NCBI GenBank assembly: GCA_951406725.2
Contig: OX597815.1
Span: forward strand, 121,148,001-121,212,000
Origin: Octopus vulgaris
Lineage: Eukaryota
DNA: 64,000 nt
Direction: 5' to 3'
Shown here: positions 51,161 through 64,000 of the stretch, piece after piece
Layout of the letters: each line of letters starts with the position of its first letter
How positions within the stretch are numbered: position 1 is the stretch's first letter
The notes under the pieces: generated by a model
The model's database searches: none
Told to the model about the DNA's origin: nothing
The model's input: only the letters and a program-made list of their open reading frames with translations
Translations under genes and position numbers: made by a program

Positions 51161-51769
51161 CAAAAAAATACAATAAGTTACTTTATTTATTTGCTTTTCA
51201 ACTAAGATTATATGCAAGAATCAGAACAATTAATTTACTTATACTCCTTTCCTGTGATTAGCAATGCAGATGCACATCTGCACATTACTTTTTGCACACA
51301 ACATCAGTCCTGCTTTCAAACAACTCTCTTTAATGCTTGGATCTAACTCTCAAAATACATTATCTTAATCTTGTTGAAACCACAAAACTAATTTTGGTAA
51401 TAATAGCAGACAATACAACTTTTACATGGAAAATTCATATCAATTTTAGTTTTGCATCAAATCAAACAGAATCTTAAGATATATATTTCAGAGCAATCTT
51501 TTAATTCTGGGACATATAAATGAAATGAAATGCAACCAACAATAATGGAGAAAGTACAAAAATAGCTTGGCTACTTTGAATGACTGGAACAAATAAGTAA
51601 ATGATTAAAAATAAGTTATTATTATTACAGAAAAGGTTATTATGATAAATTACTGCTTTCATTTCCCAACACCATTGTCTAGTTACTAAGGTAGCCTTAT
51701 TGAAAAATGGAAAGTTGTAATTAAATTGAAAGCAGAAGTAATACAAACTGACAACCCATTCAAAAAGTG

Positions 51770-52697
51770 AGAGCACTGTTTTTGGGATAAATTTTATGAA
51801 TTTTTTTTTATGTCTCCTTTTTATTTTTTTATAGGAACAGTTTCATGTACTGATGAACAGTCAACAGCACTAAAGAGCATAAAGATTAAAGATGTAGTTG
51901 AGAAAAAGTTAGCTGATATGGAGGACTGGAAGTCATCTGAATGTTGGAAAAAAGTTACCAATATTGTGATGGTTCACACTGGGTATCAAAATGCTGAGAT
52001 CAGGTTTGCTACTCAATGCTCTGTGAATACTGTAAAGGTTTTAAGATGTGACATGGACAGCTGTAATACAGACTACAAAGCCATGGACATCAGGAAGGGA
52101 CACAGCAGGCATTCTGACAGCATCCACAGGCCAGAATTCATCTCCACATCTTTGAACAGGACCTTAAGCTGAATTCAGACAGCTATGGGAAGCTGCTGGA
52201 GACTGTGGTGCAACTCTGGCCAAAGAAGGTTACTTCTGGAAACTCATATATGTGACAGTAGGATTTGGCTCCTTGCCATACCTCCAAAAAGAATCAGAGG
52301 TGATTATGGGAGAATTTCTATGACTTCACCAGCCCCAGTTTCTGCCCCCCAATTTCCCCCAATTTTAATCTCATGGATTACTATGTGTGGGGCATGGTTG
52401 ACAAAGACACCAACCACTCTACCTGCAAGACCAAAGCCAAGCTGCTGACCAAGATCAAAGAGGTTTTTGAAGATCTTCCCTAGGACACAGTGAGGAAAAT
52501 GTGCATCAGATTCTAGAGCTGGTGTAAAGCTGTGGTGTAAGTTGAAGGCAGCTACTTTGAGTAAACCATTATCTCCCTGTCATAACCCAGTCGATATTTT
52601 TTTGAATTAACAAAAAACTTTAAATTTTTCATGGTGTATTATGTTTGTTTTGTTTTGCTTTTAAGCAAACTGTCAAATTTAGCCCAAACAGCCTGTT
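51770..52697 (+). mobile_element. Old maT/DD37D-like transposon relic
   Basis: RKGHSRHSDSIHRPEFI; NLMDYYVWG; decayed TIR at about 52670-52697. Confidence 0.7.
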
Positions 52698-52892
52698 TAA
52701 TAATTCTGAAGTTTATAGAAGTTTATGGGAAAGAAGTATATGGATGAAGATGCATGCCCCAACAAGAATTTTTATAAAATAGCTATCTATGCCATATTTA
52801 ATATATACACAATTGATAGGCCAGTTACTGCAATATTTGTCCTGCAATAACATCTCTTATGGACTTGCTGTACTAAAAACACAATTGACATC

Positions 52893-52961
<69 letters not shown>

Positions 52962-53224
52962 TGAAAATTCCTTCCAGCAGTGAACAGCAAGATTACCAAA
53001 TGCATTTCGATCTTTTTGGGGGGCCTTTTAAATGGTGTGTACTCACAGCCAGCCACATGCTCAGATGAAAATTCATTGTCTCTGATATAGGAAAAAGTGA
53101 ATGAAATATTCATTGATGTTGTGAATAGCTGCCCAGCTGATTAAAAATCTGGTCTATGCAATTGAGGATTCATTTTCAGTCGTATAATTTCTGTATATAG
53201 ATAAAATAATAAATAAATGTTTCC

Positions 53225-53565
53225 TTCTCAAACCATGCCAGGCTCATGAGGGCTGGTTTCCCAGTTTCAATGGCATATATGTATATTCCCCACCTGGAGG
53301 GGATGCCAGCCTGTCGCAAAAATAAGTGTTTCCTTCTTGAGACATGCCAGGCTCATAAGGGCTGGTTTGTCTGGTTTCAGTGGCATTCCCCACTTGGATG
53401 GGAAGCTGATCCATTGCAGGATTACTCGTTTTGCCAGCTAAGTGGACTGGAGCAATGTGAAATGAAATGTTTTGCTCAAGAACACACTGCATTGCCCGGT
53501 CCAGAAATTGAAACTACAATCTTACAATCACGAATCCAACACACTAAACACTAAACCACATACCT
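53225..53565 (-). mobile_element. SINE family C (further copy 62250-62410, + strand)
   Basis: tRNA-like head TGGTTTAGTG...GTTTCAATTTC; GTGTTCTTGAGCAA..CTCCAGTCCAC. Confidence 0.8.
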
Positions 53566-54369
53566 CCATAATTTCTGAATATATATCCTATAATTATTGG
53601 TTTCATTCTCATTGTTGTACAATATTGGAATATTGCATGAATTTCACAAACATATCCCAGAAATAAAATATTGCTCATTTCAAAGATTTGTGAAAAAGAA
53701 AAAAAAAAATATATAAGTGAAGTGGATTTTATAGATTTAAAATAAGTTAAATATAAACTAACCTTTGAAGATTTTACCATATTAGCACAGCAAGATACTA
53801 ACTGTTACACAATTCAATTAATTGAAGCTAGTAAAGGTATTCATTTTAATATATTTGCGGATTGTTTATTAAATACAATTTTAATACAGTTTGTCTATGT
53901 ACCTTCTAATGCACATTTCTAGCTTCATGATATTTTATTTGCACAGTTTGATAACATTCAAGTAGATCATGTTCCTTTTATAATTTACTGATCAGTTATA
54001 ATATCACAAGTAACCAATCATACAAGTGAAAAGTCTTTCTGATATGAAGATTTAAGAGATAGCTTATGAAAACACAAAGATTTTAAAAATTGCAACACAC
54101 TACCAGCTTCCGTACAGTTAATGATGTGCCATTTTATATTCAATCAATAATGACTAACTGAGTGAAATGGAATTTCTAATGTCATATTTCATTTAGATGG
54201 ATATACTGTTATTAATACCACAAACCATTCAAAGTATTAACAATGACAATCAATTTGTCCATTTCAATAATTGAATTAAATCAAGAGAAAACAAGGTATT
54301 TTTCTTTTTACTTGCCAAGTCTGGAGAAAGGGCAATGCCCGCGACCTTTAGAGATCTCCTGAAATTGGT

Positions 54370-54730
54370 AAGATTGATTCCATTAATGTTCCATTTAAAC
54401 TGTTCTTAGTCAACACTTGCAGGAAAAGCATAAACAAGGAGGAGATTTCAGAAGGTTTATGATTTGGAGAAGAAGGATTGGGAATGGTGATTAGTGCAGA
54501 ATGTGGGGAGTGTTGTTGACACAACAAGGTGAGGTAGGCAAATTTAGAAAAAACAGATGAATTGGAAGTGCCTGAATGAAGGAGTTACAAGACCAGTTAT
54601 CTTTAATCAACAGAAGATATCATAGAAGTATTAGAAAAGACAATGTAAGCACATCTTTGAACCAACGCCTGGAGTAGTAAATACTAATCCTTTGAATGGC
54701 TCTTCAGAGGACAAGGTTGAAGATGTCTGT
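54370..54730 (-). mobile_element. CR1/L2-group LINE 3' fragment
   Basis: CTNHHSQSFFSK..AFPASVD..QFKWNINGINL. Confidence 0.55.
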
Positions 54731-55269
54731 GTGTGAAAAAAAGAGGATTCAATACATGAAGTAAAGTTCATCTTTATCGAAAAATTTTCAGTAACTAATT
54801 TTGTTATTAACCCATCTTTGGCTGGTGGGGGGGGGGTTCCTTGGGACCCCAGTAAATTTTAAAAGGTATGCAACTTTTACAGTTTTTATTTAAATGATTT
54901 TATATCTCATGACTTTTATTGTCAATAGTTTATGTATGCACATGCAAATTTTGAGTTAAAAATTTCCAGTCATATGGATGTTAAAGCATAAAATTGGGGT
55001 CCAACTGGACTCCATTGGTCTTCTGTGAAATAATTTTTTTCTGTTCTTTTATCAGATATTCTGATGACCTACAAGTCAATTTTCTTCAAATTTGTACTGG
55101 TATGAATCGATATATGAAATAATTTTGTTTTATTTCATATTTAGTGATACATGTAGAATATATAAAACTATAAAAAATGTTGATTTCTTTGAATAAAGGA
55201 GTTTTTCAGTCAATAAATTATATTTTAACCCCTCAATTAAATGCTAATAGTTACAAATATATACCTATA

Positions 55270-55319
<50 letters not shown>

Positions 55320-55759
55320 ATTAGTATTTGTCTCCCATCACTGCTTGAGAACCAGTGCTGGTGTATTTACATCCCTGTAACTTAGTGGTTCAGCAAAAGA
55401 TATCAATAGAATAAGTATCAGGCTTTAAAAAATGTACTGGGGTCGATTCATTCAACTGAAATTCTCCAATCCAGTGCTCCAGCATGACTGCAGTCTAATG
55501 ACTGAAACAAGTAAAAAAAAAAAATGATAACTGAACTTTCAGTATCCATTTCAGTCACAGCAAAATTGCTATTTTATAATTATCAAGTTGACAGTTGGTG
55601 TAGGATTTAAGATGGGCTCCTACATCCAGTTGTAAACAATCCTTCAATTCTGTACAAAGTCCTGAACCTGGTTTATTGAAAGAGTTTTCTCCAAAACGTT
55701 TCGCAATTGATTATTAATTTTCCTTTGTTGTTTCATTTTCACTTTTATATTCAATTTAC

Positions 55760-55977
55760 TCTTTCACTCTTTTACTTGTTTCTGTCATTTGACTGTGGCC
55801 ATGCTGGAGCATCGCCTTTTGTCGAGCAAATCGACCCCAGGACTTATTCTTTGTAAGCCTAGTACTTATTTTATTGGGCTCTTTTGCTGAACCACTAGGT
55901 TACGGAGATGTAAACACACCAGCATCAGCTGTCGAGTGATGTTGGGGGGGGGGACAAACACAGACTCACAAACGTAT

Positions 55978-56024
<47 letters not shown>

Positions 56025-56190
56025 TACAACAGGCTTCTTTCAGTTTCCATCTACCAAATCCAATCACAAGGCTTTGGTTGGCCCAAGGCTATAGAAGAAA
56101 ACACTTGCCCAAGATGCCATGCAGTGGGACTGAACCCGGAACCATGTGGTTTGTAAGCTAGCTACTTACCACACAGCCACTCCTATGCCT
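55760..56190 (-). mobile_element. Full-length SINE family A (other copies 55310-55520, 58830-59345, 60325-60555)
   Basis: Complete head, microsatellite and tail. Confidence 0.9.
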
Positions 56191-57849
56191 TTTTTGTCTG
56201 AGTAGTAGTTGAGTTCTGTTCAGTCCTTGACCATCAACCCATCAATGAACTTCTTTTATGATGAACAATCTAAATATGAGTGGGGCTTGGTGGTGGTTGT
56301 ATGTAAGGGAAGTTTCAAAAACCTCTTTTACTAAAATTGGTTTGGGCCTGTGATCAAAAACTTGAATTTTGCTGGATTTAAATTCTGGTTTGTCTATTTT
56401 TGATGATCCCCTGGTTTCAGTAGTGGACGAAATTGTTTCATAATCTCAAATTCAGATAACTGCCCAGTGACTTTTAATAGGGATGTTTAACTGTATTTGT
56501 TACTATTAATGTAATATTTCCCTGGAAATGGATATTTACTGTTTTTAAAGCTCTTATTTTTCAAGGCATTTCCCCCCATCACTTTTCTGATACTATCCAC
56601 TGTTATTTTGGTTTAATCTGAATCTGCAATCTTTTCCCCAAATGACAATTTTTTATGATAACAATTGCCTTCCTTGAACAATTTTCACTTGTATGATTTG
56701 TGGTTTTGCATTCATAGCAGTTTTGCTTTTGTTTCTTGCTCAATATTTAATTCTTTATCTGCATAGCCTCAACCCTTAATTTCCAGTTACAGACTTTCTC
56801 CTGAGAAAATGGGAAGAACTTTCAGTGACTCTCTCAACTACCATAGCAATTTTCGATATTTTTTCTACTTTTGGGACTTTAAAATTATTTGTTGCACATA
56901 TTTCATACATGTGCCCATAATCAATCTCTAATGATGATATAATCTGCATTGTTGACGCAGCAGTCTATCAATTTCCATTTTAATTCTGCCACAGAATCAG
57001 CAATATTCATTCCATTCATTTGATAGCAACTCTAAAAATTATATTCCAACAACAGTATTTCTTTTCCCCTCAGAATGTGGTGTCACTTTTTCTATGATAT
57101 CAAAAAATTTATAATTTGTATAATCTTTTGGCATCGCCAAAACATTAAGCATCATCCAATTTAAACATTTTACCATCAGTTCCATTAATAAAATATTTTA
57201 ATTTTATTTTTTCATTGGTAATTTTTGTTTCATTTGAAATAAGTCCCCTTTCTCATCTCAAATCTTTCCAATAATCTCTCTATGACAAAAAGTCAGACAT
57301 TTACTATTCTCCAAAAAATAATCTGAACTTTTTCATTCAGATATTCCTCCCTTCATTGTAATATTCTAACTTTCAAATGGCTTAAAAAGCAAAAATCTTT
57401 TAGAATGAAGAATTTTTCATCACAAATTTTTGTTCAAAATTCTTCATAACTCCCTTATATCTATATTTCTTAACCCTTTACTGTGTAATTTAATTTCATG
57501 ATTACTCCAGTAATAATGTTAATTATCCACCAAAACATAGAATTGGTACATTTTTTGGGAAGCAAACTTCTTACCACGCAGCCTTAACTTCTGTGCCAGG
57601 AAAGACTTTTAAATGTGCATGGCTATTCCAGCGTCTCACTTAACTGCTTGATCTTTCACAATGATACTGAATGCCTTGTGTTGCTTCCATTGATAAAGTG
57701 AAAATAAAAAAAATCTTGTCCTCATATTTAAAACATTTGAATCTCAGCTGACTAGAGCAACATAACAGTAGAAACAACATAACAGTAGAAACACATATGT
57801 ATAGGCAGATAGATGGTCCATAAACATGGAAAATATCAAGTATAACCCT

Positions 57850-58075
57850 TTAACCCTTTAGCGTTCAGATTATTCTGTCAAATGTAATGCTTATTTATTC
57901 ACGCTGGTTTGAATTTATCTTGCATTATCTTGTAGCTTTGAGATTTCAATGATGTGGTTGTTCATGTTTAAAATGACATTCTATAGGTGTGTGAGGCCAG
58001 ATCTGACCAGTTTGAACAAACATAAAGCAAGTAGAATGTTTTGGGTGGATATGGCTGGTTTATATGCTAAATAAT
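57850..58075 (+). mobile_element. piggyBac-like MITE (second copy about 42585-42770)
   Basis: TTAA|CCCTTTAGC start; shared ATGTAATGCTTATTTATTCAC body. Confidence 0.6.
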
Positions 58076-58456
58076 TAAGCAAAAGATTTAGGAAGATAGC
58101 TTTCCAGCAACAGATCCTTGAAATAATATAATTATATTTTTGAAAGGTTTATTAGTCATTTTCTTTATAAAAGGAACATGGCAGTGGTGGAAGAACTGAT
58201 AAAAGTGCTTTATGGTATTCTCTTTCAAGTCTCTAAGCTTTGTGTTCAAATCTTGCTGGGATTAGCAAGAACAAATCATCCTCATCATAACCAATTAATT
58301 CTATGAATGTTCTTATTTCAGTTTTGATACTTTAAATGGAAATAAGAGTTCTCTGGTGATGAAAGACAACATCAATCAAATAGTCACAATCAAATCCGTC
58401 AGAATGTATTAAGAATAAATTGAGGCATTATTGTTTGTATTATTGGTGGTTTACAT

Positions 58457-58562
<106 letters not shown>

Positions 58563-59150
58563 CAGATAGATAGACAAAGAAACAGACAGATAGGCAGACA
58601 GATAGACAGGCAGACAGATAGAGATAGAGAGAGAAGAAGAGGAGAGAGAGAGAGAGATAAGATGTGTCTGAATATATTGCTATGGTGTGGGACACTTCTT
58701 TAGAATGTTATTAAGACTTCAATATTCTCTAGTATTCTTCCCTAGTTAAGGCTGTATACAGTGTAACACTGGAATTTCTCTTGTTATGTAGAGCATCCTA
58801 ATCGAGTTTCAACCTGTCTTTAAGATTTCATTCATTGGACTGCAGCCATGCTTGGCCACCACCTTGATGGGTTTTAACCAAACAAATTGGCCCCAGTACT
58901 TATTGTTTTCAAAGTTTGGTACTGATTCTATTGTTCTCTTTTGCTGAACTACTAAGTTACTGGGACCAAAACAAACCAACACCAGTTGTCAATTTGTGGT
59001 GGGGACAAACACAAACACAAAGGCACACACACACACACACGTACGCACACACACTCACACATACACACACACAAATACACACACACGCACACATATATAT
59101 ATCTAGTTTTCCATTATATATGTATGTATGTGTATATATATATATATTTA

Positions 59151-59198
<48 letters not shown>

Positions 59199-59505
59199 TA
59201 CACATACACATGTATACTGATGAGCTTCTTTAAGTTTCTATTAACCAAATCCACTCAGTAGGCTATTGGTTGAAGACACTTGAGCAAGGTTTCATGAGTG
59301 GGACTCATCCCACAACCATGTATGGATGCAAACTTCTTAACATACAAACTATCTATCAGAAATTTTATTTAATATAACACATAAAAAGGCATGGCTGTAT
59401 GATAAGAAACTTGCTTTCTAACCACATGGTTTTGGGTTCAATCCCACTGCACCTTGGGCAAGTGTCTTCTGTTACAGCCCCATTTTCCCTATTTTTTTCC
59501 CAATT

Positions 59506-59561
59506 TGTCTCTGATGACAGAATATTCCATACTCAGGGATATCCCAGAAACAGCTGTAAGA
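59506..59561 (+). ncRNA. Hammerhead motif with decayed stem II
   Basis: TCT-CTGATGA...GAAA-C agct G-TA-AGA. Confidence 0.5.
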
Positions 59562-59782
59562 TTTTTAATTTCTTCCTATAATAATATTGTATACAACTTG
59601 AGATGTTTGTCTTACCTTAATGTTTTCTGTCCTGTTTAACAATTATATATCCACTGCATTGGAAATCTGCAACAGCTCCATAACTACCCTCTGGGCTATA
59701 ACCTTGGAGCCCCAGTAATCTGTTACAGCACTTACCTAGCATACCTAATCATTTAGATCATCTGTGAACTAAACCCCAATAC

Positions 59783-59836
<54 letters not shown>

Positions 59837-60000
59837 TATATAGGGTATGAGAGGTATTGGTGTCAAGAAGACCCAAAGTTGTCAGATAATTCTGAATAAG
59901 TGCTATGGACAGAGTATAGTTAAGCTCTAGATACGATAATGATATGAATGAGGAGTCCAACACAGATCGTGTATTAACAAGCATATCTATAAAAATTAAC

Positions 60001-60270
60001 AGAATGAGATGAAAAAATCCAAGACTGTGAAAGATTTCAGAACATTTATAAAGAGAAGGTCTTACAGCTGTTTCCAGAATATTTTATATATCCCTTCATC
60101 ATTCCTCCACTTTACTCTGTATTTCATATCTTCTCAATAATAACTATTACTTAAACTTTTTCTCACACGGTCTCTAATGAAGGGATATATAAAATATCCT
60201 GGAAACAGCTGTAAGACCTCTTTATAAATATTCTGAAAACTATTCACTGCCTTGGATTTTTTTTGTATCT

Positions 60271-60276
<6 letters not shown>
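60001..60276. mobile_element. Foldback of Penelope-type repeats, about 100-bp arms
   Basis: 60001-60099 is the reverse complement of about 60177-60276. Confidence 0.8.
60169..60218 (+). ncRNA. Minimal type-I hammerhead (G5A variant)
   Basis: GGTCT-CTAATGA-aGGGATAT ataaa ATATCCTg-GAAA-C agct G-TA-AGACC. Confidence 0.65.
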
Positions 60277-60309
<33 letters not shown>

Positions 60310-62954
60310 ATGTGTATCTGTGTGTGTCTTTGTGTCCCTGTTTATTCTCCACCACTGCTTGATAACCAACCAGTGTGTGTGTGTGTGTGTTTACATCCAC
60401 ATAACTTAGCTGTTTGGCAAAGGAGACCAACAGAATATCTACCAGGCTTAACAAAATTTTAAGTCCTGGGCTTGATTCAGTCAACTAGACCCTTTAGGAT
60501 GATATGTCAGCTTGGCTGCAGTCTAATGACTGAAATAGGTAAAAAGTCAAAAGTAAAATGACCGAGATTTCATTGCTTAGGTTTTTAATTAAAAAAATAA
60601 TAAATGAATAAAATTGTTGTTTAGTATCTTTAAGCTGAAGATATATGTTAATTACATTCTTTGAAATATATTTCCTCTCTTTTGTCATAATCAAATTTTT
60701 CCTAAAGGAATATTATACTTATAGGAATATATAATTTAATTGCTTTTATTAACATGAACATAACAAAATTTTCCTAAGTCGAGGCTGATATAATCATGTT
60801 AAAGGTCCTTAATGTTAAGGTATACGAGTTGACATAAATAGACTGTGCCATAAATAGACGGTACCTTCACATCATAAAATGTCAGTAATAATCATCTTAA
60901 TTTTCCCTCTAATTACTTTTGTCATTTTTATTATGTGACAACAATATCAAAGACATAATAAGAGCTGACATTTTGTGTTTTCTTATGACATTACACAGAC
61001 ATTTTAAATACATTTTGTTAGATTATCAGTCGGATGATTAAGTTAGTTAGCCAGCCAGGAAAAACAGAGATAGATACCATTTATTCACTGGTGCTGCTGC
61101 TGTTGTTGTTCTTGTTGTATGGCTATGACTACTGCTGCTGCTGCAAGTAGATAGACATGATAATATATAATAGATCAGAAATGACTAATAGCCAACCTGG
61201 TTTTATGCTATGCTACACTTTCTGTCATGTTATATTTGGTTGAAAGAGGTACAATGTTACAATTATGGTTTGATGAAATCATTTTGACTTCATTCCTCTT
61301 CTTATATCTCAATGTTTGATAATAACTACAGTGGAGGCAGGTGAGATTAAATATTCATTTGCTATAGAATAACCAGGATTCTTCAGAATTTATTAGAGAA
61401 ATTACAATCACTGAGTAGTTGAAAGTTTAGTTTCTTAGCCAAAGAGTAGTAAATTCATTTGCTTTCCCTGACACCTTCTGACCTGCATGAATCTAAATAC
61501 AGAGCAGAAGAGAAAAGCAAAAGAATGCTTCAGTATCAAAGCACCGAGCTAACAGCTAACAGGAAATTAATGAGTAGTTTGGTGGTTTACAGTACTGATA
61601 TTGAAACTTCTCACGTGAATATAAATAAATTTTGTGGAATGTGTTAATCTAGTTTAGACAATTGGATGCAGTTGACTATTTTTGTGTGTACCTGTATTTT
61701 GTGTTAATCCAAGTCTGAAAAGAGAGAGAGTGTGTGTTTTGGACAAATTTTGTAGGAAATGTTTTATGTGTTACTGATAGCTTAAGGTGTTTATGAATGT
61801 TTGGAGTTTTTGATTACATGAGCTGTGGAATTTGAAACAGGCCATAAATATCATGCTTTATCATTGCTTAATAAAAGTTCATACCTAAATACTTAGTTCT
61901 TCTTGTGGTACAATCACATAGTCAATTGTTTGCATCTAAGTGAAATATTTATTGCCAGTGCAGACAACTGCTAGTCTCCTTAAATTATGGTGATTATATT
62001 TAATTTTGGTTAGCTTGGATGCATTGCATATGTAATAGATTCGTGTATGTGTGTTTATATGTATATGTCTATATGCTTGTGTTTGTAAATCTTTGTGTGT
62101 CTGTGCACTTGTCTACATATGTATATGTATTATGATATGACTATGTCTATGTGTTATGGTATGTCTGTGTGTTTACATGCTACAATGTACTTGTGTATCT
62201 ATGTCTAAGAATATGTGTTACACAATACAGTATAAACTGTGTGTCTGAAGGAGTGTGGCCTTGTAGTTATGGTGATCAGTTTATAATCATATGATTGTGA
62301 GTTCAGTTCCTGGACTGTGCAGCATATTGTGCCCTTGGGCAAGACTCTTCATTTTACATTGCCCAGTCTACTCAGCTGTAAATAAATACCAGTCATATGC
62401 TGGTGCAGCCCCTTTCCCTTCTCCCTCCAGCTGTTGCATCCTGAATGTTCTGCTGAGCCAAAAGTAATCAAGGCTACCAAACAATACACACTTGCATGTG
62501 ATATATGGCCATACTGTACATATGACAGAGTGTCTATCAGTGATTCTGCATGTCTGTATGTGTGTATGTGTTAAATATTATGATATATCCGTGTTTCTAT
62601 GCATTACAATATGAATAATAGCATTCAGTATTGTTGTACTTCGTTTTCAGTTGGCAAACACTAGAAACACAAGTATTGTTACAATAATCCTTCATGGAAT
62701 TTATTGATGGACATGGTATGTTGAATGGTTTAGATATATTTCATTTCTATTGTAACTTCTTTTCACCATGAAGGACATAGTAAATAAGAAGTAGCATGGG
62801 AGTATATCAGGAGAACAGAAGGAATGATAAATGTCAAGTTTACCTAAAGAGGCTTACTATGGATTGCTGAAGAACTAAAGCAAGAAAATAAAGAGGTAAA
62901 AGATATATGAGATAACAAGAGAGGGTATTCTAGAACATTTGAAAGACATTAGAA

Positions 62955-63345
62955 ATGTGTGTGTGGTTAAGAAGCTTGTTTTGCAACCACATGGTTTCAG
63001 GTTCAGTCCCACTCAACAGCACCTTGGACAAGTGTATTTTACTATAGCCCCAGGAGGACCAATGCTTGTTGAATGAATTTGGTAGATGGAAGGTGTGTTG
63101 ACGCTCATCGTATATGTGTGTGTGCATGCGTGTGTGTGTGTGTGTGTGTGTGCATGTTTTAAATACCCCACCCTCCCACTGCTTGACAACTGATGTTGGT
63201 TTGTTTACATCCATGTAATTTAGTGATTAAGCAAAAGAACTGGTAGAGTAAGTGGTACACTTAAATAAGTACTGAGACGATTTGTTTGATAAAACCCTTC
63301 AAGGCTGCAGTCCAATGACTGAAGCAAGTAAAAGCTAAAAGATAA
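62955..63345 (+). mobile_element. SINE family A
   Basis: Head, (GT)n and tail. Confidence 0.85.
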
Positions 63346-63582
63346 AATGTACAAGATTGACAATGTTTTAGCTCCTAATTTTCAGTGGATAGGAAGAGGG
63401 TGTAGAGCTAAATGATGTATCTGAATGAATTTTCATATTTAATTATATAATTTTATCATTATCTTTGTCGTTCCACCTTTTCAGTTACTGAACTACATGT
63501 TGGAGCACAACCCTTAAAAGTTTTAGTCAATCATGTTTGCTCCCCCCACCTCAGTTATCCCAGTATGGTATTCATTTTATCA

Positions 63583-63815
63583 TAGGTGGCGAGCTGGCAG
63601 AATCGTTAACACGCTGGACGAAATGCTTAATGATATTTCATCTGCCGTAATGTTCTGAGTTTAAATTCCACCAAGGTCGACTTTGCCTTTCATCCTTTCG
63701 GGATCGATTAAATAAGTACCAGGTACACACTGGGGTCGATATAATTGACTTAATCCGTTTGTCTCTCTTTGTTTGTCCTCTCTGTGTTTAGCCCCTTGTG
63801 GGTAGTAAAGAAATA
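63583..63815 (+). mobile_element. Full-length SINE family B
   Basis: Perfect 16-bp TSD GGTATTCATTTTATCA at 63567-63582 and 63816-63831. Confidence 0.92.
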
Positions 63816-64000
63816 GGTATTCATTTTATCAATCCGTATTTGTCAGACAAATTAGTTGCATAACAATTTGATATAAAGAAACACAAATATAGATATGAAC
63901 ACAGATGTATATACCCACATGCAAACAGATAGGTAGACAGACAAATAGATAGATAAATATATGGACAGACAGACATACAAGCTGGCGGATAGATAGATAG

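Noticed and set aside
51810-52172. Host exon after a strong acceptor at about 51834
   Set aside because: The frame is the N-terminus of a decayed maT transposase; exonisation cannot be supported from sequence alone
55655-55710. Possible additional hammerhead (GAGTTTTCTCCAAAACGTT)
   Set aside because: Both core boxes are degenerate and stem I is absent

Overview
Very AT-rich, microsatellite-dense eukaryotic DNA with no intact long ORF. Its repeat content (RTE LINEs with (GAT)n tails, three tRNA-headed SINE families, Penelope-like elements, Helitrons, Tc1/mariner/maT, MULE) looks like a cephalopod genome, probably Octopus; this is inference from pattern recognition. The window is mostly intronic or intergenic: two large decayed RTE retrotransposons, about 12 truncated RTE 3' ends, more than 20 SINE copies, several DNA-transposon relics and only weak host-exon candidates (best: a + strand terminal exon at 1773-1852). 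Most interesting signals: (1) a dispersed set of minimal type-I hammerhead ribozyme motifs with palindromic stem III, tied to Penelope-like terminal repeats; (2) a C4HC3 PHD finger inserted inside the reverse transcriptase of the dominant RTE family; (3) a four-level nested insertion bounded by inverted Penelope-type repeats; (4) twin-priming-like 5' inversions of RTE copies; (5) many long inverted repeats and two back-to-back pre-miRNA-sized hairpins; (6) homeodomain-site clusters in unique DNA. Coordinates were read by eye; boundaries of decayed repeats are approximate.
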